Positions 22,301 through 31,876 of a DNA stretch of 64,000 nucleotides are shown piece by piece. The notes below the pieces were generated by a model. The model was not told where the DNA came from, ran no database searches, and saw only the letters and a list, made by a program, of their open reading frames with translations. The position numbers were made by a program, and so were the translations under genes. The stretch spans positions 192,001-256,000 of the forward strand of contig JAYFMW010000007.1 in NCBI GenBank assembly GCA_042408215.1, written 5' to 3'. Within the stretch, counting starts at the first letter, position 1. Each line of letters opens with the position of its first letter. The DNA is from Microcoleus sp. (GTDB taxonomy: Bacteria > Cyanobacteriota > Cyanobacteriia > Cyanobacteriales > Microcoleaceae).

Positions 22301-23691
22301 TGAAAGGGATTCGGGAAGGAAAGGCGATCGCAGGTGTGGAAACTCGCCGCCAAAGGAAAGACGGTAGCCCCATCGATATCGGTTTGTGGGCAACTCCCAT
22401 CGACGACGGCAAGGGCAATATTAATTGTATGTCGATCGTCGCCGATATCAGCGATCGCAAACAAGCGGAAGCAGAACGCGCTCAGTTGCTCGATCGCGAA
22501 CGGGCGGCGCGGGCTGAAGCTGAAGCGATCAACCGCCTCAAAGACGAGTTTTTAGCGACTCTTTCCCACGAACTGCGAACGCCTTTAAATGCGATTCTGG
22601 GCTGGTCGCAGGTGCTGCGCGGTCGCCCGTACACGGAAGCGACTTTAGCCCGCGCCTTAGAAGCGATCGATCGTCAAGCAAGAGTACAGACGCAGCTAGT
22701 GGAAGATTTGCTGGATGTTTCGCGGGTGATTCAAGGTAAGCTTTGTCTAAAAGTCGGCTGGTTCGACATGGTAAATGCGATCGAGGTGGCTGTGAATTCA
22801 GTGAGTTTGGCGGCCGAGTCCAAGTCGATCGCAGTGAAGTCAAAACTCGATCGCGGCTTCGGATTGATGTGGGGCGACGCCCAGAGGTTGCAGCAGGTAG
22901 TATTGAATTTGCTGACTAATGCGATCAAGTTTACGCCGGCACATGGAGAAGTCGAGATAGAACTGTCGGCGGTAGCGCTTAATCAGGAATCTGCCCGCGC
23001 CAATCATGTTGCGATCCGAGTTCGCGATACGGGAAAAGGCATCAATCCTGAGTTTCTCCCTTATGTGTTCGATCGCTTCCGCCAAGCTGACGGCTCGATT
23101 ACTAGGGCTCACAGCGGTTTGGGGCTAGGATTGGCGATCGTGCGGCACTTGGTGGAACTCCACGGCGGTACTGTGTGTGCCGAAAGTCCCGGTGAAGGCA
23201 AAGGTGCCACTTTTACGGTGACGCTACCGCTGAAACAACCGAAAAGCCAGAAGTTACAGTTGAGAGGGGACAGGAATTTCGAGGAAACGCGATCGCGCGA
23301 TCTCGATGGGTTAACTGTTTTGGTCGTTGATGACGAACCAGACAACCGCGAGTTTTTGAAAGTCGCCCTTGAAGAGTCCGGGGCCAGTGCGATCGTGGCT
23401 GCAACGGTTGCGGAGGCGATCGAGATTTTAGCACAGTCCCAGCCCGATATTTTAGTCAGCCACATCGGTATGTCGAGCGAAGATGGCTACTCCCTAATCC
23501 GCAAAATCCGAGCCTCGGAATCCGGCACAACCAAGCGCTTGCCAGCAGTAGCGCTGACCGCTTATGCTAGCGAAACAGACCGCACTATGGCTCTCGCAGA
23601 AGGCTATGACGAACACTTAACAAAGCCGATCGAACCGGCTGTATTCGCAGCAGTTTTAGCCAAGATCTCCGAGTCCAGAAATAGTTTTTAA
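19330..23691 (+). CDS. Hybrid sensor histidine kinase (multiple PAS, GAF, HisKA, HATPase, receiver-like domain)
   Basis: FLATLSHELRTPL, NLLTNAIKFT, DTGKGI, GLGLGLAIV; repeated PAS/PAC ends (DITE/DISDRK); LVVDDE receiver start. Confidence 0.95.
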   Translation: MSLFQVLPLPIKPYGISRFATGSALLLTTLLLFALKANAVILFFAAAMVTAWYAGLKSTEKRLEKERASLITSISKVMGTATCLIVVLDKEGRIVRFNQVCEKTTGYSFAEVENKFVWDVFLISEELDPVQRIFTQLKTEDVSSQYENYWLTKNGEMRLINWSNTVIFDGDGLVEYVIATGIDVTDSQQAEIALAVSYDQLETRVKQRTAELTVAKEALQAQEERFRCLSSCSPVGIFMADIQGCCTYANPRCQAIYDMSFEELVGGGWQNCIHPEDRELVLTQWQDYTREGSEYAMEYRLQTSEGIVRWVNVSCSPMFSDSGELMGHVGTVRDVTERQQAQAALSTSEQQLRTLLENTPDIIIRTDKELRYVYVNQAVERTQGQPAQHFIGKTSQELGMPPELCQIWDETLHKVLENGREEIIEFQAPSSSGIRSYQSRIVPEFDQAGAIQYALIVARDITELKLAEVQKAQLTIEQAAREKAEIQQQRAAFLAEVSKMLAAAFDRETVLQKVAELAVPIVADGCYIHLTERDGTVHQVALAHTEIGMVNAVNKLRIRNPLDEIFVHGYPLVIRTGKSELITEVNQEILAAGAENEAELEVLRPLNICSHACVPMTARGRVIGAISCFTSKSGRRYNSEDLAMLEDLAYHVAIALDNARLYAEAQQALAQTSESFALIDSLLEASPLGICFLDREMRYIRINQVLAELNGLPTAEHLGQDFRQLLPEYAAKYAPLIQQVLETGQPLLNVEISGESKGKPGDFRHWVGNYYPVKNASGKILGAGIILTDITVAKQTEIALRESERRFRSVVESNMIGIGFWDKKGAITEANDALLKMIGYTREELVSGNLSWSELTPPEYEYLDTKAIAEIAATGYCTPFEKAYIRKDGSRFPVLAGGGHFQGCQDQGSFFVLDISDRKLAEAARSSINQTLEALIRACPLAITVFSAHDYRVKMWNPAAERIFGWSESEVLGNFLPSVPPDKQQEFTANLKGIREGKAIAGVETRRQRKDGSPIDIGLWATPIDDGKGNINCMSIVADISDRKQAEAERAQLLDRERAARAEAEAINRLKDEFLATLSHELRTPLNAILGWSQVLRGRPYTEATLARALEAIDRQARVQTQLVEDLLDVSRVIQGKLCLKVGWFDMVNAIEVAVNSVSLAAESKSIAVKSKLDRGFGLMWGDAQRLQQVVLNLLTNAIKFTPAHGEVEIELSAVALNQESARANHVAIRVRDTGKGINPEFLPYVFDRFRQADGSITRAHSGLGLGLAIVRHLVELHGGTVCAESPGEGKGATFTVTLPLKQPKSQKLQLRGDRNFEETRSRDLDGLTVLVVDDEPDNREFLKVALEESGASAIVAATVAEAIEILAQSQPDILVSHIGMSSEDGYSLIRKIRASESGTTKRLPAVALTAYASETDRTMALAEGYDEHLTKPIEPAVFAAVLAKISESRNSF

Positions 23692-23697
23692 TCTGTT

Positions 23698-23905
23698 TTG
23701 ACATACTCACCGCCCTAAAAACTGCGGTGGTTGCTGAGCCTAGTCGAAGTATGATTCTTGACACTTCCGAAAGGCGAAGCTACCGAAAGTAGTCTGACTC
23801 TCCTGAAATGTCCATTTAGAGTCGTGGCGATGCCTCATCCCGACTTTTCTCAATTTTAGCTGAAAGCCGTCCTAGAAGGACGGGGTTTTAGACCCATTTT
23901 TCTTG
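23698..23905 (-). mobile_element. Non-autonomous IS200/IS605-derived miniature element (left and right ends, no ORF)
   Basis: On the minus strand it begins after TTAT with CAAGAAAAATGGGTCTAAAACCCCGTCCTTCTAGGACGGC (hairpin) and ends CACCGC...GCGGTGAGTATGTCAA (hairpin plus TCAA). Confidence 0.7.
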
Positions 23906-24050
23906 ATAAACTGGTACTAAATTTGACCTGACTCTAAAATTTAGATGCGCCTCAGCTTATCCGATCCACCTGGGAACCGATTTATCCGTCAGGCGAACAC
24001 GGTTAATCATTGTCAATTCTAAAATCTACAATCTAAAATCGATCGCCCCT

Positions 24051-27000
24051 ATGCCCCTTGAGCCCCTCCATCGCTTAGTCCCCAAAATTGCAGGACAACT
24101 TCCTCTGCGAACCATTCTGATTGTCCCCTTCGTTCTGCAAACGGTAAGCGCCGTAGGGTTAGTGGGCTATCTTTCCTTCACAAACGGTCAGTCAGCCGTC
24201 GAGAATCTGGCGGAGCGGTTAATCGAACAAGTAGCAGAACGGATTAGCGTCAGCCTCGCAGCCAACCTGCAAGCTCCCCAGGACCTTGTAGCAGCCAACC
24301 GGAGCGCCGTACAGCAAGGAATGCTGAACCTCAACGACACTGAACAACTGCGACAACAGCTTTGGCATCAAACAACCCTCAACCCGCTACTCCAATCTAC
24401 CGTATTTGTAAATGACCAGGGCTCAGAAATTGGGTACGGCCGCCTACTCACTAAAGAACTTGTCACACAAGTAAAAAGGCTGACTGGGGAGGATTTGTCG
24501 ATCGGTACTCCCTTCCTGAGTCGCCTGAAAAATACCGATCGAGGTCAACGAAAATACTACTTGGTAGACTCAAAAGGCAATCCGAGAAAACTGTTTTATA
24601 CGTTTGGGATCGATAACCGCACAACTCCTTGGTATCGCTATGCAAAAGCCTCCGGCCAACAAACTTGGTCGCCAATTCTTGTGTTCCAGGTTGTACCCTC
24701 CTTAGGCATTTTCGCATTATATCCCATCTCTGATGCTACCGGAAAATGGCGGGGCGTTTTTAACTCTAATTATACGCTGTCGGCAATCAGTACCTTTCTT
24801 GAAAAGCTACAATTCTCACCGTCGGGACAGACTTTTATAGTGGAGCGTTCTGGCAATCTGGTTGCCACATCAACTCTAGAAACCCTCGTTGTGAAGTCAG
24901 CAAAGGGGCAACCAACGCCATTACTAGCCGTGAATAGTCGGGATACCCGAACGCGAGACATTGCAAGGCAACTGGCTCAGAAATTTGGCAATTTCCGCAC
25001 CCTGCAAACCACTGAGCAACTTAAACTCTTTAGTAACCACGATCGGCAGTTTGTCCGCGTGACTCCTTATCGCGATCGATATGACTTGGATTTGTTGATT
25101 GTGGTTGTCGTGCCAGAATCTGATTTCATGGCTCAAATCCGGGCGAATCAACGCAACACAGCTTTGTTATCTGTTGGTACGTTGGCGCTGGCGATCGCCA
25201 GCGGCCTATTCACTGCTCGTTGGATTACCACACCAATTTTGCGCTTGAATACCGCCGTCAAAGATCTTGGCTTAGGTGCCTGGGATCAAACAGTAGAAAT
25301 TGAACGCTTTGATGAAGTGGGAGAACTGGCAAATTCCTTTCATAAAATGGCAGCGCAACTGCAACAGTCTTTGGCTGAACAACAATATTTAAATGAAGCT
25401 TTAGCCCAGAGCGATCGCCAACTGAAGCAATTGCTCGAAGCTATACCTCTAGGGGTATCTATCCATGATGTGAGTGGTAAAGTCATCTATCTCAATCAAG
25501 CATCCAAGCAGCTCCTCGGCATTGAAACTTTACCCGAAGCCGAAACCGAGCAATTAGCCCAAGCCGATCGGGTTTATCAAGCAGGAACCGAGGAGTTATA
25601 TCTGGTAGAAAATATGCCAGTGATCCGCTTTATTCAGGGAGAAAAAGCAAGGGCTGACGTTCTGGAAATTCGTCAACCGGGTGGAAGAGTTCCGATAGAA
25701 GTTCATAGCACGCCCCTGTTTGATGACAGTGGAAACAAGATCGGGGCGATCGCTGCCTTCTGTGACATCACCGATCGCAAACAAGCTGACAAAACCCTAG
25801 CTAATTACAATCGCACCTTAGAAAACCAAGTCACTGAAAGGACAGAAACTTTACGGGAGAGCGAACGCAGACTGTCTACATTGATCGCTAACCTGCCGGG
25901 CTATGTCTATCGCGTTGCTAACTATCCCGACTATCAGCCTGAATTTATCAGTGAGGGCGTGTTCTTAGTCACAGGATATCGGCAGGAAGAATATTTGATC
26001 GATCGCACCATTGCTTGCGGACAGGAAATCCACCCAGCCGATCGGGATTCAGTTTGGGAAATTGTCCAGATAGCTGTTGCAGCAGAGCAACCTTATGAAT
26101 GTGAGTATCGAATCATCACAAAATCCGGTACTCAAAAATGGGTTTGGGAACGGGGACATGGTATCTATGCAGAAAACGGCGAAATTCTGTTTGTCGAAGG
26201 TTTTGTTACAGATATTAGCGATCGCAAACAGATAGAAGAGAAACTACAATGGAGCGAAACGCGGCTCGACACGATCGTTACCAATACCTCTGATGGTATC
26301 ATGATCGTCGATCGGCAAGGTAAAATAAATTTTGCCAACCCAGCCGCCGCCCAGCTATTCGACAAACCCTCTTCTGAATTGCTCGGCTATCAGTGGGGAA
26401 TACCTCTGCAAGACACCTCAGAGATATCGTTGATTGATGTTAATCGGAAAATCCGCACGGCGGAAATGAAGTCAACTCCTACTAAATGGCTGGGAGAATT
26501 AGCCTATATTATCGCCTTGCGAGACATTAGCGATCGCAAGCGGATAGAACAAGAAATCCGCGAACTGAGTACGGCCCTGGAAAATGGGGTAGAAGGAATC
26601 TCGCGGCTGGACCAGCAAGGACATTACGTCACTGTTAACAAAGCCTATGCCAGCATAATTGGCTATCAACCCGAAGAGATGAGCGGCATGGAATGGCTGC
26701 GCACCGTACACCCTGATGAGTGCGAAAAAATGATCGCAGCCTACCAGGAAATGCTCGAAGTTGGCAAAGTAGAAGCTGAAACCAGAGGCATCCGTAAAGA
26801 TGGCTCGATCTTTTATCAGCAAATTGTCATGATCGCAGCCTATGACGATCAATATAGCTTCATCGGTCATTACTGCTTCATGAAGGACATTAGCGATCGC
26901 AAATTAGCCGAGGAGGCCTTGCGTGAGAGTGCACAACGAGAACAAGCCATCGCTAGAGCGATCGAACGAATGCACCAGTCCTTAGATATTGCCACAATAT

Positions 27001-28973
27001 TCAATACTACAACCGCTGAACTGCAAGAAACCCTCAAATGCGATCGAGTCGTTATCTATCGGTTTAATCCTGATTGGAGTGGAGAATTTGTCGCCGAGTC
27101 AGTCAGCCCTGGCTGGATACCTCTGATACCAGAACAATTGCCAGAACAATTGGGCGATCGTCATGAGCCAAACAATCTCGTGGCAGACTCTAGTTGCACA
27201 GCAAAAACGCTCCCAGGCTCTCCTCTAACAGTGCTGGATACTTATATACAAGAAACCCAAGGCGGTGTCTATAGTCAAGGCGCTCTTTATTGCATGACAG
27301 AAGACATTTACAACGCTGGGTTTACTCCTTGTTACCTCAAACTTTTAGAGCAATTTCAAGCCAGAGCCTACTTAATTGCCCCCATCTTCTGTCGCAATCA
27401 ACTGTGGGGTTTACTCGCCAGTTATCAAAATTCTACACCTCGCACTTGGCGCGAAGTAGAAATCAATATTGCGCTGCAAATTAGCACTCAACTCGGAGTT
27501 GCCTTACAACAAGCTCAATTACTCGAAGCCACTCAACAGCAAGGGGTACAACTCCAACAAGCCGCCTTAGCAGCAGAAGCGGCTAACCGCGCTAAAAGCA
27601 CCTTTCTCGCCAATATGAGCCACGAACTGCGTACCCCCCTCAACGCCATTCTAGGCTTCTCCCAATTGATGCGCCACTCAACCAACCTCAATCCCCAAGA
27701 ACAGGAAAATATTCGGATCATCAACCGCAGTGGAGAACATCTACTGAATTTAATTAATCAAATATTAGATTTAGCCAAAATTGAGGTGGGACGCATTACC
27801 CTTAACCCAACCGACTTTGAATTAAGGAGCCTGCTGAACGAGATCGAAGAAATGTTCCAACTCCAGGCCCTAGAGCAACAATTGTCATTAATCGTTGATT
27901 GTTCAGAGCATCTCCCCCAATACGTGCGAACCGATGTTGTCAAGTTACGCCAAGTTTTAATGAATCTGCTTTCTAATGCGGTTAAGTTTACAAAAGAGGG
28001 AGGCATTTCTTTAAAAGTCAAACAACAAACAACAGACAACCAGCAACAAATAACAATTAGGTTTGAAGTAGAAGACACTGGATTTGGCATGGCTCCTGAT
28101 GAATTATGTCAACTATTTCAACCCTTTGTTCAAACTAAAACTGGGGAAGCATCCCACAAGGGAACAGGCTTGGGGCTGGCAATTAGCCAACAGTTTGTCC
28201 ATCTCATGGGAGGCTGCATTACTGTCAATAGTCAAGTGGGATGTGGCACTATCTTCAGATTTGAGATCCCAGTCAGTGCGGTTGATGCTGCTGTGATTAA
28301 ACCCAGACAGCCCTTACGTCAGGTAATCGCCCTTGAACCCAACCAGCCGCGTTATCGTATTTTGATTGTGGACGATCACCAGGACAATCGCCAACTGCTA
28401 GTCAAACTACTCAACCGCTTTGAATTTGAACTCGCAGAAGCTAGTAATGGCATAGAAGCGATTGAAAATTGGTCGAGTTTTGAGCCACACTTAATTTTTA
28501 TGGATTTGCGGATGCCGGTGATGGATGGGTATGAAGCGACGAAACGGATTAAAGCCAACACTAAAGGTCAAGCTACCGCAATTGTTGCTGTGAGTGGCAA
28601 TAATGTCGATGTAGCCGGAACCGTTATTCTCTCTAGTGATTGCGATGACTTTATCCGCAAACCCTTCCGAGAGGCAGAAATCTTGGACACCCTTCACAAT
28701 CATCTCGGAGTGCGTTACATTTACGCTCAACCAGAGAGTGTTTCGGAGTCAACTCAAATCGAGGCTCTGACTCCTGAAGCTCTTGCGGATTTACCCGCGG
28801 ATTGGGTTGCATCTTTAGAACAAGCTACGATTCAGTGCGATTTAGAATTAATCCTCACCCAAATTGAGCAAATTCGCGATCGGAATGACTCTTTAGCTAA
28901 CACTCTAGTTGCTTTGGCTAACGAGTTTCAATTTAATCAAATACTAGATCTCATCCAGTCAAAAATAAATTAG
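24051..28973 (+). CDS. Membrane hybrid histidine kinase (Cache-like, HAMP, PAS x4, cyanobacteriochrome-type GAF, HisKA, HATPase, REC)
   Basis: Two TM segments, DEVGELANSF (HAMP), DTYIQETQGG...PCY (CBCR GAF), FLANMSHELRTPL, LIVDD...FMDLRMP. Confidence 0.93.
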   Translation: MPLEPLHRLVPKIAGQLPLRTILIVPFVLQTVSAVGLVGYLSFTNGQSAVENLAERLIEQVAERISVSLAANLQAPQDLVAANRSAVQQGMLNLNDTEQLRQQLWHQTTLNPLLQSTVFVNDQGSEIGYGRLLTKELVTQVKRLTGEDLSIGTPFLSRLKNTDRGQRKYYLVDSKGNPRKLFYTFGIDNRTTPWYRYAKASGQQTWSPILVFQVVPSLGIFALYPISDATGKWRGVFNSNYTLSAISTFLEKLQFSPSGQTFIVERSGNLVATSTLETLVVKSAKGQPTPLLAVNSRDTRTRDIARQLAQKFGNFRTLQTTEQLKLFSNHDRQFVRVTPYRDRYDLDLLIVVVVPESDFMAQIRANQRNTALLSVGTLALAIASGLFTARWITTPILRLNTAVKDLGLGAWDQTVEIERFDEVGELANSFHKMAAQLQQSLAEQQYLNEALAQSDRQLKQLLEAIPLGVSIHDVSGKVIYLNQASKQLLGIETLPEAETEQLAQADRVYQAGTEELYLVENMPVIRFIQGEKARADVLEIRQPGGRVPIEVHSTPLFDDSGNKIGAIAAFCDITDRKQADKTLANYNRTLENQVTERTETLRESERRLSTLIANLPGYVYRVANYPDYQPEFISEGVFLVTGYRQEEYLIDRTIACGQEIHPADRDSVWEIVQIAVAAEQPYECEYRIITKSGTQKWVWERGHGIYAENGEILFVEGFVTDISDRKQIEEKLQWSETRLDTIVTNTSDGIMIVDRQGKINFANPAAAQLFDKPSSELLGYQWGIPLQDTSEISLIDVNRKIRTAEMKSTPTKWLGELAYIIALRDISDRKRIEQEIRELSTALENGVEGISRLDQQGHYVTVNKAYASIIGYQPEEMSGMEWLRTVHPDECEKMIAAYQEMLEVGKVEAETRGIRKDGSIFYQQIVMIAAYDDQYSFIGHYCFMKDISDRKLAEEALRESAQREQAIARAIERMHQSLDIATIFNTTTAELQETLKCDRVVIYRFNPDWSGEFVAESVSPGWIPLIPEQLPEQLGDRHEPNNLVADSSCTAKTLPGSPLTVLDTYIQETQGGVYSQGALYCMTEDIYNAGFTPCYLKLLEQFQARAYLIAPIFCRNQLWGLLASYQNSTPRTWREVEINIALQISTQLGVALQQAQLLEATQQQGVQLQQAALAAEAANRAKSTFLANMSHELRTPLNAILGFSQLMRHSTNLNPQEQENIRIINRSGEHLLNLINQILDLAKIEVGRITLNPTDFELRSLLNEIEEMFQLQALEQQLSLIVDCSEHLPQYVRTDVVKLRQVLMNLLSNAVKFTKEGGISLKVKQQTTDNQQQITIRFEVEDTGFGMAPDELCQLFQPFVQTKTGEASHKGTGLGLAISQQFVHLMGGCITVNSQVGCGTIFRFEIPVSAVDAAVIKPRQPLRQVIALEPNQPRYRILIVDDHQDNRQLLVKLLNRFEFELAEASNGIEAIENWSSFEPHLIFMDLRMPVMDGYEATKRIKANTKGQATAIVAVSGNNVDVAGTVILSSDCDDFIRKPFREAEILDTLHNHLGVRYIYAQPESVSESTQIEALTPEALADLPADWVASLEQATIQCDLELILTQIEQIRDRNDSLANTLVALANEFQFNQILDLIQSKIN

Positions 28974-29274
28974 CTATGAATCCTATCAATTCCGGTTGCA
29001 CTCAGCAATGATTGTTAAAAGTTGACAGTTGACAGTTGACAGTGAGTCGAAAAACTGAAAATTGCGCTTATATAGCAGAGCTTGAACGAATCAGGAAGAA
29101 GTCGATGCGATCGGGAAATTCCGGGCAATGGTTACATCTTCCTTCTTGCTTCTTCCTTCTTGCTTCTTCCTTCTTGCTTCTTCCTTCTGCTCTAGCCATA
29201 TTTACTCCGAATTTATCCATAAACTTTCAGTCTTTTAAACTAACTTCTCGTAATTTTTTCCAGAAATCATATCT

Positions 29275-29381
29275 GATATCGTTTCCGGTTGCATCGGAAT
29301 GATTTAACCGCAGAGGGCGCAGAGGGCGCAGAGGGAGAGAAGAGAGAGATGAATAATTCCGATGCTACCGGATTTGATATG
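29275..29381. repeat. MITE-like element with imperfect inverted ends and internal CGCAGAGGG units
   Basis: atatcgtttccggttgcatcggaat...attccgatgctaccggatttgatat; inverted copy at about 50741-50837, partial copy at 14971-15021. Confidence 0.75.
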
Positions 29382-30323
29382 AGGTTTTGAAGTATTTCAC
29401 AGCCATTCCATGAAGGGAATAGTTTTTTTGTTTGACAGTCATGTTCAACCGTTGTGTCATGCTTCCCATTGTCGCTCTACTGACAGTTAAGCCAATTTTT
29501 TGAGGTAGTAAATAACAGAGTTATTCGAGAGTGACATCATTATTTACTTCAATTAATACCGCTAATACGAGCAGTTTTTCTGGCTTGAGTTTAAGTTGAC
29601 CCATCGATCAGTTTGAGGAGCAATATTTGGGGTCTGAGGATACTGTTTAAGCAATTTTTAGACCCAACTGAGAGCTACACAAAAACGAGGGGCTATTGCT
29701 TTTTGTGAGATGGGTTAATTGTGGTACAAATCGATCTTTTTTTGCCGAAAATCAAGAGAATGAGATTTCATTTTGAGTCTAGTATGATGCTTTATACAAC
29801 CATTCATTGCCATAAGTCGATCGCTCTCCGTCAGCGAGGCTTTGACTCCAGATTGAATTATGGTGCATTCTATCTTCTGTTCTATATTTTCCAGTTATTT
29901 GGAGTTAGTCATGTGATACCTCATCGGCCTGAGACAAGCTATCATAGCAAAATATCAGCCGAGAATCTGAAATTCGCCCTCGAAAACCTGCCCAAGACGA
30001 AACCCAGTTTTTACTTTACACTACTTTTGGTCTGGCTGAATCCGAGTTGTTTTAGGAGTCAATAGCCGTCATTTTGCGATCGTGTTACGAGTTGATTCAT
30101 TGGGATTTAGGAGCAGCCTGGATTCCTAATGCCGCTCAGACTTTGCTAATGTGCAGTCGAGCTTTTTATGCAAAGAAACCTAGTTTCTACCACTTCTCAA
30201 AAGCTATGCAACACCCTTGTCGTTCCTCCCTAGGGCGTGTTTTCTTTCCCCAGATATCCCCCCACATTCTTGCCCCTACTCACCCCCTACTGCCCGATCC
30301 AAGGGGAGCAGGGCGTGAATAGG

Positions 30324-30470
30324 CAGGGCTGTTTCATTAGAGCGGAAAATCGCGATTTTGTAGGGGTAGTACCAAGAGTGCCTACCCCCCCCACAGACGA
30401 TGTAATGAGCGTTTCAGACCCCAGGGCCGGCACTCTTGTCACGGCCCCTACACAGAATGAAACAGCCCTG
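30324..30470. mobile_element. 147-bp MITE with perfect 15-bp terminal inverted repeats
   Basis: CAGGGCTGTTTCATT (30324-30338) and AATGAAACAGCCCTG (30456-30470); internal GTAGGGG...CCCCTAC REP-like unit. Confidence 0.8.
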
Positions 30471-30630
30471 GATAAGTAGGGGGATCTTCGAGGGGGAACC
30501 GAGAGGAATGTGGACTCAGAATAACAATCATTTGTCGCAAGGACGAAGAGTCCTTATTTGCTGAAATCTTTAAGAGAGGACTGAAGTCCTCACTAGGAAA
30601 TCCCGAAGGATTAGAACACCGGAATTTATC

Positions 30631-31170
30631 TTATTTCAAGTCCAGCAAACCGCTAGTTTTAAGCTTGGGATTAAACCGAATTTCCTCGGTAACACCGCGA
30701 GCTTTTAACTGTGATAAAATTTCATTTTCCACTCGGCGCGCTACATTTTTCAACAACTTATCTTTAGCAATTTCATCTGCCACAATGCCTTCATAACTTG
30801 CCACTTCTGCCGCAGTCATCACAGTTTTAGTATCTATCGGATCGTTCCAGAAAGCAGCATCGGCATCATTCCCAGTCGGTAGGGAACCGTTTTCAGCAAT
30901 CCAACTCGATCGGATGCTGTCTAGAATAGTGCGGTTTGGTCGATCGATAGTTTGGACTTTCAGCCAGTAGCACTGTAGAGGTTGGCGCACGAGATGCTGT
31001 TTGAGGCTGAGATAAATATCACGAGAATAGCCGACAAATTGTAGCACTTTATCCTTGTCGAAAATCCCATAAACGCCGATTTTTCCCTGTACGAACTCCG
31101 GCAATTTTCCCTCAGAGTCAATGTAGGGAATCAATTCTAAGCTGGCGAGGGATTGAATGTCTGATGTCAT
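30631..31170 (-). CDS. GIY-YIG nuclease family protein (cyanobacterial/plant type)
   Basis: GVYGIFDKDKVLQFVGYSRDIYLSLKQH motif. Confidence 0.8.
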   Translation of the reverse strand: MTSDIQSLASLELIPYIDSEGKLPEFVQGKIGVYGIFDKDKVLQFVGYSRDIYLSLKQHLVRQPLQCYWLKVQTIDRPNRTILDSIRSSWIAENGSLPTGNDADAAFWNDPIDTKTVMTAAEVASYEGIVADEIAKDKLLKNVARRVENEILSQLKARGVTEEIRFNPKLKTSGLLDLK

Positions 31171-31221
31171 TTTTTCTGAATTGTCGATCGTTAATTATTC
31201 CAGCCGTTGACCTGAATTTAC

Positions 31222-31548
31222 CTAACTCTTAAAAACACGATAAATGGCACAGAGTCTGCTGGGCTTAAACACCTTCGCTTGGAACATAAAATTAGGCGGC
31301 ACATTCACGATCGCAAAATCACTCTTACCATGATACTGCTCAAATTGCGCAGGCATTCCCTTCGGCGTCTCGCTGCTGTAAGGTACTGGCTGAAAAAGTA
31401 ACTCTGTAAACTCAAGGCGCGAGCACTGCAATTGTAATGCTACTTGCTGGAGAAAGCTTTCAGCAGTTAATAAACTCAACAGTACAGCTTTAGCCTCTGA
31501 TTCGAGGACAAAACTGCCATCATAGCTTTCGATAATCTTGAGACCCAT
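31222..31548 (-). CDS. Hypothetical protein
   Basis: 108-aa ORF with ATG start, co-oriented with the GIY-YIG gene; no motif recognised. Confidence 0.7.
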   Translation of the reverse strand: MGLKIIESYDGSFVLESEAKAVLLSLLTAESFLQQVALQLQCSRLEFTELLFQPVPYSSETPKGMPAQFEQYHGKSDFAIVNVPPNFMFQAKVFKPSRLCAIYRVFKS

Positions 31549-31876
31549 TTTCTGTATACCTGACGACTGATCTATCCTGAATTTTACCTTCTTGCGGCAC
31601 GATCTGAAAGGTCGATCGATTTTAGATTGTAGATTTTCGATTGGAGAATTGGAGAATTGAACCCACGGAGGGATCCGGAGACCCTGGACTCAATTGCTTG
31701 ATTGTCAAAAATTGTTCTGATTTCTTTCCCGATCGCTTTTATAGAAAGAGGTCGCCCGCCCCAAAACTCAGCTTTTTAAGGCACGGGATGTAGGCTCCAC
31801 GGCGATTTTAATCGCCGTCCTTGTACTTGCATTAGTTGCACTTCCCACCAATTATGCTATCATACAGGCCTAACTG

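Noticed and set aside
29036..30479. ORFs 29036..29302, 29721..30065, 30074..30322 and 30237..30479 as genes
   Set aside because: Non-ATG starts, partly made of repeats or MITE sequence, and no recognisable motifs.
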